DNA from: Promethearchaeati archaeon SRVP18_Atabeyarchaeia-1 | GTDB lineage: Archaea > Asgardarchaeota > Atabeyarchaeia > Atabeyarchaeales > Atabeyarchaeaceae | Reading direction: 5' to 3' | DNA: 64,000 nucleotides | Assembly: GCA_037308085.1 (NCBI GenBank) | Contig: CP147779.1 | Coordinates: 2,176,001-2,240,000 of the forward strand | In this document: positions 9,836-19,153 of the stretch, in pieces | Position numbering within the stretch: the first letter of the stretch is position 1 | How the letters are laid out: each line of letters opens with the position of its first letter | The notes under the pieces: generated by a model | The model's database searches: none | What the model was told of the DNA's origin: nothing | The model's input: the letters and a program-made list of their open reading frames with translations, nothing else | Made by a program: the position numbers and the translations under genes

Positions 9836-11515
9836 TTGTATAACAAAAGGAACAAGCTGATCACCTTTGCACTTCTAAGCGTAGTGTTGATCGGAGTTAC
9901 ATTTGTGTCAGCTTCGCCGGCTGCAGCAGTGAACACGCAGGGAGCACCAGGCGTCGAAGGCAACTTCAAGGGACAGCTTCCCAACGGCGTCTGGTATAAC
10001 GTGGAGAACGTAACTTCCAACTTCCCACTTCAAAACGCCACTGGGACTGACGTACAGTACCATCTCTTCTCGTTCGGTAATCAATTGTACGCGATCAAGG
10101 AGAACAACAACTGGGGACTAAACATCACCGTTAAATTCTGGTTCTACAGAGTGACCTTGGTATCAAATCCAGATGGATCCGCAAGGCCATCAGGTGACGA
10201 AGTTAGAGTCACTACCACCGCAATACTAGTTAACGGATCCTATTCAGCGAGTCACCAGAGAACATTCGAGTGGTACAACGTTACAACTACTGGCCTTACC
10301 GCTGCACCCACCTTCACTAGACTCGACAACAGCAGCATGAGGAACCTGAAAACTGCCGCCTCCATCTTGTGGCTGGCAGCAGTACTTACGGGTAACCTGG
10401 TTGCTTTCGTGTACCTTAGTTGGGGGCTCGGCTTGATGTCTAACGACACGAGTCCCGTCGTCCAAAGCGTGCCCTTTGCATACTTCAACTATGCGATCGC
10501 CGAAGACTTCTTCCCGTACTTTACGAGTACCATGAGCGGCACCGCCGAATTCGACATGATGAAGATCAGGCACGACCTACTAGGCTTAGTTGTGTACAAC
10601 GACACTAACGGCGACCACGTGATGGGTCTCAAATATAATCAATTACATGACGCCAATACTGGAACAAGCTATCCTGGAATTCCTCTCACCGAGGCGACAT
10701 ATGTTTTCGGAGCAGCCTCTGTACATCGTGTTGGAACTGATTGGGGAGCCATACCCACCTACAACGCAACCTCTGGTTCCATCGACTGGAGCTTTTCGCT
10801 CTTTGGTGTAAAGGGAACCCTGATCCCTGTTGCAGCGATCATGCCGTCTGTTGGCACATCAATTGACCAAGTCAAGTTCGCATTCCACTTCATCCGACCT
10901 GGTAATGGCGATGAGGCGGGGGTCAAGGTCGATGAGCACATCGGCACCTTCGCGGGTATTGCATACAATAATTCTTTCAGCAAGCTTTCGCTCGCAATAG
11001 TCTATTTCTCATACGTTGAGAATCTCCAACACGGCCGCTACAAACTTGACATGACGACTGATAGCGGCGCATCCCTAGACTCAGAGAGCAACGCGACAGC
11101 TCCACAGCCCACGCTGAAGTTCCGTGGAGGCAGCTTTGACTCAGGCTACATCAAGATCGGAGGAGACACTTATTACTGGGGTAGATATGGTCTTTCAGAC
11201 AACGCGGCGTACTCGAACGTTGTGCCATGGTTCTTCTTCGGTGAACACTTTGCACTTGCCGGCAATTACTCTGTAACCGGAATAGCGTTCAACAAGTACG
11301 TGTTCTTCTATGAGGCATGTTTCCCCGAGTGGGCGGGCTACAGCATAACGCACGACCCGTACTTCGCAGTGTTTCCAGCCTCGGCTCCTGGTGAAGGAAT
11401 ACCGACAATGTTGCTCATCGTCGCTGGTGCGGGGATAGGAATTCTCGCAGCTGCAGTCGTGGTGATTTCTAGGCGTAGAAGGGTGACTGAAACTGGTGTG
11501 ATCAAGACTCCTTGA
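9836..11515 (+). CDS. Secreted, C-terminally anchored surface glycoprotein
   Basis: Signal peptide, many N-x-S/T sequons, ITHDPYF motif, C-terminal TM followed by RRRR. Confidence 0.75.
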   Translation: MYNKRNKLITFALLSVVLIGVTFVSASPAAAVNTQGAPGVEGNFKGQLPNGVWYNVENVTSNFPLQNATGTDVQYHLFSFGNQLYAIKENNNWGLNITVKFWFYRVTLVSNPDGSARPSGDEVRVTTTAILVNGSYSASHQRTFEWYNVTTTGLTAAPTFTRLDNSSMRNLKTAASILWLAAVLTGNLVAFVYLSWGLGLMSNDTSPVVQSVPFAYFNYAIAEDFFPYFTSTMSGTAEFDMMKIRHDLLGLVVYNDTNGDHVMGLKYNQLHDANTGTSYPGIPLTEATYVFGAASVHRVGTDWGAIPTYNATSGSIDWSFSLFGVKGTLIPVAAIMPSVGTSIDQVKFAFHFIRPGNGDEAGVKVDEHIGTFAGIAYNNSFSKLSLAIVYFSYVENLQHGRYKLDMTTDSGASLDSESNATAPQPTLKFRGGSFDSGYIKIGGDTYYWGRYGLSDNAAYSNVVPWFFFGEHFALAGNYSVTGIAFNKYVFFYEACFPEWAGYSITHDPYFAVFPASAPGEGIPTMLLIVAGAGIGILAAAVVVISRRRRVTETGVIKTP

Positions 11516-11550
11516 AGACAGCTAGACGTTAGGAATGCTGAGTACTGCAC

Positions 11551-11577
11551 TCTTCCCTTCCTTTTTTTCTTTTTTTC
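11551..11577 (+). terminator. Pyrimidine/oligo-T terminator
   Basis: tcttcccttcctttttttctttttttc about 35 nt after the stop of 9836..11515. Confidence 0.65.
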
Positions 11578-11778
11578 GACATCGCTTGATGAAGGCAAGT
11601 CGAGACTTACCCCGCGGGTCTTGCTAAGAAACCTGAGTCAGCGCGCAGGGTAGATTTATCTTCACTGGTCTTGCGCACAATTGATCTGATTCCGCGATTT
11701 GATCTGAAGTACGCTGCGTTTCTCGAAAAAAAAAGAATGGAATGGTAAGGGTCCGCCGAGGGTATGAGCCCGTGTCCC

Positions 11779-12792
11779 TTATTCTTTGGGTCTGAATGGT
11801 GACGACCATGTTAGCAAGTTGAACAGTATGTACCACACGATGGTGTAGATCACCATTGATATTACTGCTATCCCGCCAATCCCGCCAAGCCCGCCTACTA
11901 TTACTACGGGTAGGAGCAGAACACTTGCGAAGTCTTCGAAGAGCGTGAAAAGTATATCGCGGTTATAGTTGTAATCGCGGGTTTCGATTTGTAGTACTGC
12001 GAAGACTACGGTCATGACGAGGAGTATAAGTGCTGAGACTCCTTCTGGGGTGGCCTGTATGTTGACGAATCCTGTGAGGAACAGTGGAACGAAGACTCCG
12101 ATCTTCACGCCATAGCCGAAGAGCCTAGCTCTGAAGCTGCACTTGAATTTCCCTTTCTCCACTTTGACTTTTAGCGCCCTAAGCAGGTTTGGTTCTTTCT
12201 CGATTGTGATGTCCTTGAGGTAGATCTCCCATCCTACTTGGAATATCAACGTGAACACGATGTAGGTAATTGAAGGCAAGAATAGCGATAGCGATGAAGC
12301 GGGAGTTGCGTAGAGGAAGAAGCTAGCAGAGCAAAGCGAGCTGTAAGCCAAGGTGAATGGTATGAAGGCCAGAACCGTGCTTTTGTTCATTCCGTCGCTG
12401 TAGGCGTGCCCAGCCACTATGAATAGAATCATGAAGCTCAAAGAAACAACCTGCTGCCCTGGAGAAGTGAGAACTAGGAGCAGTCCAGCGAAAGCAGCGA
12501 ATATCAGTAGCCAGTTGACATACTTGTGTGCTTCATCTATCTGAATAGCACCTGAAACCAAGGGATCGTGTTTCCTGTGTGGATTCTCCTTGTCGAAGCC
12601 GCGCGTTGTGTCCATCACCGTGTTGTGACCGAATGTTACCCAGTGGACCAAGGTTGCCCAGAGAACAAGCCAGACGTTGTACCATGAGAGGAATGACCCT
12701 CCGCCTATCAAGAAGAACACTTCAACAAGTATTACAGTCATTGGCGATTTGTTTACCCGGAAAAGTCTAAGCCAATCTAGAAACTTAGCCAT
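11779..12792 (-). CDS. UbiA prenyltransferase family membrane protein
   Basis: NTVMDTTRGFDKENPHRKHDPLVSG, YS..NK and YLKD motifs; multiple TM helices. Confidence 0.8.
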   Translation of the reverse strand: MAKFLDWLRLFRVNKSPMTVILVEVFFLIGGGSFLSWYNVWLVLWATLVHWVTFGHNTVMDTTRGFDKENPHRKHDPLVSGAIQIDEAHKYVNWLLIFAAFAGLLLVLTSPGQQVVSLSFMILFIVAGHAYSDGMNKSTVLAFIPFTLAYSSLCSASFFLYATPASSLSLFLPSITYIVFTLIFQVGWEIYLKDITIEKEPNLLRALKVKVEKGKFKCSFRARLFGYGVKIGVFVPLFLTGFVNIQATPEGVSALILLVMTVVFAVLQIETRDYNYNRDILFTLFEDFASVLLLPVVIVGGLGGIGGIAVISMVIYTIVWYILFNLLTWSSPFRPKE

Positions 12793-12931
12793 AGCTATCT
12801 GTCGCCTCTGAATTGAGACGTATTATCTTATCCCTAATAAACCAACTCGCCTAATAAACCTTCATTTCCCCGATACCGCCTATTTTACGGTTGTGCGGTT
12901 CTGACGCGGGTCTCTACTAAGCAAAGTCTTT

Positions 12932-13564
12932 ATGTTGACGGAAGCCGCGTTATTGCGGGTGATTAACTTGTTTGATGACGACTGGTGGGAACGATGGTTC
13001 AGGAAGGGTATGCCTCCATTCTTCAAGGGATGGGACACGGACGAGATGGATGAGGCTTTCGAGGAAATGGATAAGATGTTCGAGGACATAATGAGAAAAG
13101 CCCCGAAGGATCTCATACGTGAGCGCAGGCTGCCTGACGGGACAATGAGGCAAGAGTGGGGTCCCTTCGTCTATGGGTACAGTATAACGATAGGCCCGGA
13201 CGGGAAGCCTGAGATAAGAGAATTCGGCAACATGAAACCCGAGCTCAGCCCCAAGCCGGGCAGGCCGCGCCTCGATGTAAAGAAGGCTAGAGAACCTCTT
13301 GTGGACGTCACGATGACTGATGGTGAAGTCAAAGTAATCGCTGAGCTTCCTGGGGTGGAGAAAGATGACATCAAGCTCGCAGCAACTGAGGATGAGCTGA
13401 CAATCTTGGTTGACAATCCAATACGAAAGTACCAGAAGGCAATCGATCTGCCAACGGAGGTCAATCCCAAGCAACTTAAGTGGACCTACAAGAACGGTAT
13501 TCTGGAGGTCACTCTGCCAAAAAAGGGTGGAGAGGTGCCATCGGGTAAACCCAGACTAGTTTGA
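12932..13564 (+). CDS. hsp20: Archaeal small heat-shock protein Hsp20 (true start probably near 12959-12968)
   Basis: GPFVYGYSITIGPDGKPEIREFGN, EPLVDV, AELPGVEK, YKNGILEV. Confidence 0.93.
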   Translation: MLTEAALLRVINLFDDDWWERWFRKGMPPFFKGWDTDEMDEAFEEMDKMFEDIMRKAPKDLIRERRLPDGTMRQEWGPFVYGYSITIGPDGKPEIREFGNMKPELSPKPGRPRLDVKKAREPLVDVTMTDGEVKVIAELPGVEKDDIKLAATEDELTILVDNPIRKYQKAIDLPTEVNPKQLKWTYKNGILEVTLPKKGGEVPSGKPRLV

Positions 13565-13601
13565 GCTCTGCTTTCCATTGTTGAACTTGGAGGGTCGCTT
13601 G

Positions 13602-15314
13602 TCACTTGAGCATCTTCAGGAACTCTTCGACCTTTCTTGTGTTAACTATGTTCTCTGCTGTCGCCCATCCCCTGCGGGCTTGGGCTACTCCGAGTTCCAG
13701 ATAGTGGAGGTGCAGGGTGCTGTGGGCGTCTGAGCTTATGCCAAGCTTTGCTTTGCTCTGCACTGCTTTCTTTATGTATTCGTCCTTAAGATCCAATCTG
13801 TCCGGATAGGAATCTATATCTAGTACGGTTCCCGTATCCTTTGCCTTGCTGATTACCTGTTCTACATCAAGCTGAACCGCTTCCCTTTTCTGGATCTGCC
13901 TTTCGGTTGGATGGCAGAGGATGTCCAGGTTTGGGTTCTCCAGCGCCTTGAGGATCCTCTCAGTCATCTCATCTTTCGGTAGGTTTAGGTTGGAGTGGAC
14001 TGCTCCGCCGACTACGTCGAGATTCTTCAGGGCGTCGTCGGATATGTCCAGGCTGCCGTTCTTCTGTATGTTCAGCTCAACGCCTTTGAGGATCCTTATT
14101 CCTGATAGTTCTTTGTTCGTCTCTTCTATCTCCTGGGCTTGCTTGAGTAGCATCTTCTCATCGAGTCCGCCGGTCATCGCGAGACCCTTTGAGTGGTCTG
14201 ATATCACGATGTAGCTCAAACCCATCTTCTTCGCTTCAAGAGCCATTTCCTTTATCGAGTTTGCACCGTCCGTCCATTTGGTGTGGGCCTGCGTGTCTCC
14301 GTGCAGGTCCTTGTACTCGACAAGTTTAGGCAAGCTGTGTTTTACCGCAGCTTCAATTTCACCAGTATTCTCCCTGAGTTCGGGTGGCATCCAGTCTAGA
14401 CCCAGCTTTTCGTAGACCTCCTCCTCGGTTCTACCCGCAACCTGCAAGTTTTCTTTGAAGAGACCGTACTCGCTGAGCTTCAGCCCCTTCTCCTGCGCGA
14501 TTCTCCTCAGAGCGACGTTGTGGTCTTTTCCGCCAGTGAAGTATTGAAGGGCAGCGCCGAAACTCTCGTCTTGCAGGACTCTAATATCCGCGTCCAATCC
14601 GTTCTTCAGCTTCACAGTGGACTTCGTCGTTCCTTTACTTATTACGTCGACAACATCAGGCATCGACACGAAGAAGTCCATGACCTTCGCGGCGTCCTTG
14701 GATATGACGAGGAAGTCAGCATCACCTATGGTTTCTTTCCATCTTCTCACTGAGCCGCTTGCAACAACCCTGCTTACCCCGGGCACAGATCTCAGCCGGC
14801 CCTCTATTTCACGTATTTGTGGCAGGATGAAGCCGAGAATGAACCTGCCTTTTCCCTTCTTCGCGAATTCGATTCCCTTTAGTATGTTCTGTTCAGTTTT
14901 CTCCTTGAAGCCCGGAAGCTTCGATATTCTGTGCTCCTGTGCCACCTTCTCGAGGTCGTCCATGTTCTTGACGCCGAGCTGCTCGTAGAGCTCCTTGATG
15001 GTTTTGGGACCCATGCCCTCGATCTTAGACAAGCTTTCCAGGTCGACTGGAACCTTCTTCTTCAACGTGTCGTAATACTCGAGCTTTCCGCTTTTCAGGA
15101 GCTCCTCGATCTTCTCGGCTATGCTCTTCCCGACGCCCGGGATGCCCATAAGGGCTTTGAGTCCGCCCTTCCCGTAGATGTCCTCGGCCTCCTCCTCCAA
15201 AGCCTCTATAGATCTCGCAGCCTTCTCGTAGGCGCGTGGCTTGAACTGAACGTTATCCATCTCTAGGAGCATGGCGATCTCATTCAGGATTCTGACGATT
15301 TCATAGTTCCTCAT
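13602..15314 (-). CDS. polX: DNA polymerase X family with C-terminal PHP domain
   Basis: MRNYEIV start overlapping the upstream stop; HhH GVGKSIA, GSVRRWKETIGDADF, YFTGGKDHN; PHP SDHS and SSDAH. Confidence 0.93.
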   Translation of the reverse strand: MRNYEIVRILNEIAMLLEMDNVQFKPRAYEKAARSIEALEEEAEDIYGKGGLKALMGIPGVGKSIAEKIEELLKSGKLEYYDTLKKKVPVDLESLSKIEGMGPKTIKELYEQLGVKNMDDLEKVAQEHRISKLPGFKEKTEQNILKGIEFAKKGKGRFILGFILPQIREIEGRLRSVPGVSRVVASGSVRRWKETIGDADFLVISKDAAKVMDFFVSMPDVVDVISKGTTKSTVKLKNGLDADIRVLQDESFGAALQYFTGGKDHNVALRRIAQEKGLKLSEYGLFKENLQVAGRTEEEVYEKLGLDWMPPELRENTGEIEAAVKHSLPKLVEYKDLHGDTQAHTKWTDGANSIKEMALEAKKMGLSYIVISDHSKGLAMTGGLDEKMLLKQAQEIEETNKELSGIRILKGVELNIQKNGSLDISDDALKNLDVVGGAVHSNLNLPKDEMTERILKALENPNLDILCHPTERQIQKREAVQLDVEQVISKAKDTGTVLDIDSYPDRLDLKDEYIKKAVQSKAKLGISSDAHSTLHLHYLELGVAQARRGWATAENIVNTRKVEEFLKMLK

Positions 15315-16084
15315 GTCTCTGTCTCCTTCTTCTGCTCTGGGCCTATTCTTCTCTGCACTTTCCTCCATGTCTCTGTGACGAGGAAACTCTCTTCCATGTT
15401 TTCGATCATTCGAGTGAATCGACTCATTGGCACCGAGAATGTCAAGATATTTCTTGGAACGTAGGGGCGGGCTGAGGGATCGAACATTCCGATGACGCCC
15501 CGTGGGCGGCTCGAGTTCCTCTCCGAATAGGGGTATAGCACAATCGTTGAGCATCCTGATCCGTGCGGGGCGAAGACCGAGTTTGGCTCTGCCTCATCGT
15601 AGCTTGCGAGAGTGCAGAGGCCGGACAGAACATCCGGCTCCGTATAGAAGATGACCACTTCCGGCTCGTCTACCTCCTCAAGCATGTCCCACCTCTTGAA
15701 TATGATGAACTTTGCTGGAGCCTTGAAGTCGGGCACGTACTTCATCGATTCCTTGACAACTTCAGGGGACTTCTTGTAGCGCTCACCCTGCAGCTTGCTT
15801 GGTATGCCACATGATAGGAAGTAGTCGAAGTCCGGCATTAGCTTATCCGAGAAGCCTAGGTACTTCCTTCCGCCGAAACACCGAATTGACTCGGCGTCAA
15901 AGCAGAGAGACGTGCCTTTTCTTACGCTGGACAGTGCCCACAATACACATCTTGGCACCGAATCGGGTTCGACAGGTGCGACGCGCCCTTCTTCGTCAGT
16001 GTAGTAGAATATGATGGGAAGCTCGGAGTTGTTGAAATACTTCTTCCAGAGCTCAATGAATCTCAACTTCATCTTAATGTCCAT
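15311..16084 (-). CDS. DUF169 family protein
   Basis: CFGGRKYLGF, GERYKKSPE, PEVVIFY..PDVLSGL, GSGC, FDPSARP. Confidence 0.8.
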   Translation of the reverse strand: MDIKMKLRFIELWKKYFNNSELPIIFYYTDEEGRVAPVEPDSVPRCVLWALSSVRKGTSLCFDAESIRCFGGRKYLGFSDKLMPDFDYFLSCGIPSKLQGERYKKSPEVVKESMKYVPDFKAPAKFIIFKRWDMLEEVDEPEVVIFYTEPDVLSGLCTLASYDEAEPNSVFAPHGSGCSTIVLYPYSERNSSRPRGVIGMFDPSARPYVPRNILTFSVPMSRFTRMIENMEESFLVTETWRKVQRRIGPEQKKETET

Positions 16085-16159
16085 AGAAAATCCTCCAGTC
16101 CCTGTTCCCTTCCGACAAATGCATACTGCACATTTCAGGTAATTAAGTTTGACACGTTC

Positions 16160-16939
16160 CTACCGCCGGCGGTCGGCGTCCAGGCGAGATGCCCTCACCA
16201 GTTCGATTGCCTCCTCTTCCGGCACATCATACCATTCCTCATATGCGTCCGCGACTGCAAAAGAGTATCCACTCCTCACATTCAGGCAGAGCAGTTCGTC
16301 GACGCTTGGTGAGACCAGGTTGATCGCCTTCAATGATCCAGTAGGGGCAGCCACTACTATTCTGCCTGGCCTTCTCTTCTTTATGGATTCAGCTGATGCC
16401 AGCATTGTATACCCGGAGGCTATTCCGTCGTCGACCAGAATAACCGTCCTGCCTTGAACGTCCTGCAACAGCCCATCTTTCCCCTCGGTGAGGAACTTCC
16501 TCGCCCTCTCATCAAGCCCCTCCTTCGATTTCCTAATGCTCTGATCGATCTGGGTTTTGGACAAGCCTAGAGTCCTCACCAGGGAGTCGTTGAGGAAGAT
16601 CGAGCCATCGAAAGTCACCGAGCCAAAACCGGCTTCAGGCTCCCACGGAATAGGTATCTTTCTAACCAAGATGACATCTAAAGGAACCTGCATTTTCCCT
16701 GCAATCACGTAGCCTACTGGAACTCCACCTGAAGGGATCGCGACGACCATTGCTGATTGATCAAGCCACGCGTTTCTGCGAAGTCTTTCGGCTAGTAGCT
16801 CACCAGCATGAGTCCGGCTCTTGAATACCCCAGCCCTGTCTCTCAGTGAGGGATCATCTTCAACATTCGGAGGAAACAAATGAACATCATCACGGCAACA
16901 TGGGAGGATGACTCCTATTACGTTATGCCCACAAAACAA
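16160..16939 (-). CDS. Phosphoribosyltransferase family protein (start uncertain)
   Basis: FKSRTHAG, IPSGGVPVG, VRKIPIP, ILVDDGIASG PRPP-binding loop. Confidence 0.88.
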   Translation of the reverse strand: MFCGHNVIGVILPCCRDDVHLFPPNVEDDPSLRDRAGVFKSRTHAGELLAERLRRNAWLDQSAMVVAIPSGGVPVGYVIAGKMQVPLDVILVRKIPIPWEPEAGFGSVTFDGSIFLNDSLVRTLGLSKTQIDQSIRKSKEGLDERARKFLTEGKDGLLQDVQGRTVILVDDGIASGYTMLASAESIKKRRPGRIVVAAPTGSLKAINLVSPSVDELLCLNVRSGYSFAVADAYEEWYDVPEEEAIELVRASRLDADRRR

Positions 16940-17012
16940 TATACGTAAATAAAAAGAAGGGAAGGATGCATCACCATCACGGGATCGGCGTCTGCTTTTC
17001 GCCTAATAGGGC

Positions 17013-17672
17013 TTACTTAGACTTCTTCTTACTTACACGAAATGCCTTCAACATGTTTATGACCAGCAGCCCAGCGTAGCCTAGGGCAGTAAACACCGTG
17101 AACCATTCAGTTATCGAGATAGTACCGACTATGACGTATGCGAGATTAATGATGGCAACAATGAAACCATAGATGGCAATAAGTCTGATGAATTTCGGAT
17201 GGGTTAACAGCGAGACGTTCGCGAAGATCAATACCAAGAGATTCAGCAAAAAGAAGACATACGACCAGAGGTGGTGAGCGCCAACCGGGAGCGAATTCTC
17301 ATAAAAGACCCCGATCATGATCAGAGAGAAAGCCGACATCATGCCGACTACCTGGGTGATGACTATGAGAATCTTCCTCCACGTCTCCTTAGTGTACCAC
17401 TTGTACAAGCCGATGTAGAACGGGAACAGCATTAGTCCTGTCAGGATGCAAGCTAGGTTGTAGAAGGTGGCGCCGTTTGGGTTGAACAGTGCGCCAGTGT
17501 TTCCAAAATCACTTAAGTAGGGCCAGGGATTCCAAGGTCCAACATACATTACAGCTGATATGAGTGTGAAGATGCAGTAGAACAATATGACGAAGATGCC
17601 CGAAATGCTGGTCAGTGGCCACTTCAATCTATCAAGAAAACTCATTTGTTGCTCCTCCTGCGTTCTCTCCAA
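17013..17672 (-). CDS. DUF998-like membrane protein, paralog 1
   Basis: YLSDFGN, GA.FYN..CILTG, IMIGVF, TEWFTVF; multiple TM helices. Confidence 0.7.
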   Translation of the reverse strand: MERTQEEQQMSFLDRLKWPLTSISGIFVILFYCIFTLISAVMYVGPWNPWPYLSDFGNTGALFNPNGATFYNLACILTGLMLFPFYIGLYKWYTKETWRKILIVITQVVGMMSAFSLIMIGVFYENSLPVGAHHLWSYVFFLLNLLVLIFANVSLLTHPKFIRLIAIYGFIVAIINLAYVIVGTISITEWFTVFTALGYAGLLVINMLKAFRVSKKKSK

Positions 17673-17761
17673 AATCGATTATGTTTGTTAGGGCTACTCA
17701 TATGATGCTCCTAATATAGTATTTCAAAGAAGGGGAGGAGTATGCGGCGGGAGAGCAGGTC

Positions 17762-18382
17762 TCAGGGAGTTTTTTTCGCTGCGCCGAAGACTTTCAGCAT
17801 GTTGATGACGAGGAGTCCAGCGAAGCTTAGGGCGGTGAATACCGTAAACCACTCGGTGAGCGGCCCATCGATTGTAAGATCGAAGACTAGGCTCAGCAAA
17901 GTCACTGCGTAGCCGTAGAGGGCGATCGGCTTCATGAACTTCGGATGTGTCAACAGCGAAGTGCTTGCCAATATCATTACGAAGAAGTTCACTGTGAAGA
18001 ATGCAGCCGATGAGATACCGTGCATCCTGCCAGCATCCTCCGAGTAGATACCGATCATGATTAGAGCACACGCTGAGATGAATCCGAGCACTTGTGTTAT
18101 TTGGATTAGAACAAATCTCCATTTTTCCTCATACGTATACCACTTGCTGAGGCCAAAGTAGAACAAGAATAGCGCGATGCCTGTGAGTATGCACCCTGCG
18201 TTGTAGAAGAAAGCGCCCACGGGGCTAATACCCCAGTTTCCAAAGTCGCTCAGGTAGCGAGTTGCCGGGCTAACCGCTCCAGGGTATAAGAGGATCGATG
18301 TGAGAGTAAAGACACAGTAGAATACGATGACAAGGAGCCCTCCTAGGCACCCAATTGGCCATCTTAGTGGGTTGCGTTCCAT
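17762..18382 (-). CDS. DUF998-like membrane protein, paralog 2
   Basis: Same motifs as 17013..17672, in tandem. Confidence 0.7.
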   Translation of the reverse strand: MERNPLRWPIGCLGGLLVIVFYCVFTLTSILLYPGAVSPATRYLSDFGNWGISPVGAFFYNAGCILTGIALFLFYFGLSKWYTYEEKWRFVLIQITQVLGFISACALIMIGIYSEDAGRMHGISSAAFFTVNFFVMILASTSLLTHPKFMKPIALYGYAVTLLSLVFDLTIDGPLTEWFTVFTALSFAGLLVINMLKVFGAAKKTP

Positions 18383-18483
18383 TACTCAGTCCTCCTCTAC
18401 TTCTCTTATGTTGCTAAGTGGCATTTTGTATTCTTGATCCCTATATACTATTTCCCATGCGGCAGACTCCCGCTTGACGCAAA

Positions 18484-19089
18484 TCAAATGCTCTTGCCGG
18501 GTTCACTTCTGCGCTCCTTTTCTCCCTTACGTTCTTCTGTGAAGGATGTGACCGTTGATTTGCGCGACTCTGCCTCTCTTAACACATCATCTTTGATCTT
18601 GATGCGGCGCGCCAGCTTGGTGAGTCTCCTGGCCAGATTGTGCTTTCGAGTCCTACCCTCAGGTCTACGTGACCTCGATAGCAGAAGGCAGAGCGAGAGC
18701 AATTCCAATTCCTCCCTCAGTTCGCTGGCGAGCAAAGCTTTTTCGAATCCACAAGTTTGAACTGAGAACTCCCCCAAGTTGCTTTGGATCGAAGAGAGAA
18801 TGTCGACCTCAGGATGCTTCTGCTTTGCAAAGGTTATCCGCTTTGAGAAGCTCTCGGTTTCCTGGATTATGACCTGCAAATCCTTCATCGCACATTCGCC
18901 CGCCTCGCGTAGGTGCAGCAAACCAGCTACGAGAACTATGTCTCGAAAAAGTCTAGAGAAGTTGGTGGAGTCGATGCGGTCAAGTAGATCAACCCATGGC
19001 TCTTCTCTTTCAATTTCTCCAGAGAAGTCTTCATCTTTCCTCTCGGACAAAGAATCAAGAACCACCCAGAACGCGGTAGTGCCGTACAC
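18484..19089 (-). CDS. Hypothetical helical protein
   Basis: 201-aa ORF co-oriented with its neighbours; no recognised motif. Confidence 0.55.
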   Translation of the reverse strand: MYGTTAFWVVLDSLSERKDEDFSGEIEREEPWVDLLDRIDSTNFSRLFRDIVLVAGLLHLREAGECAMKDLQVIIQETESFSKRITFAKQKHPEVDILSSIQSNLGEFSVQTCGFEKALLASELREELELLSLCLLLSRSRRPEGRTRKHNLARRLTKLARRIKIKDDVLREAESRKSTVTSFTEERKGEKERRSEPGKSI

Positions 19090-19153
19090 TTAAATGGAAC
19101 TGATAGAAAAGGATTTGGACAAAATCGCGAAACGGTGGGTCTCCTTACTCGGG

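Noticed and set aside
15315-15554. 80-aa N-terminal extension of PolX in the ORF track
   Set aside because: Overlaps the DUF169 gene; PolX similarity begins at MRNYEIV (15314)
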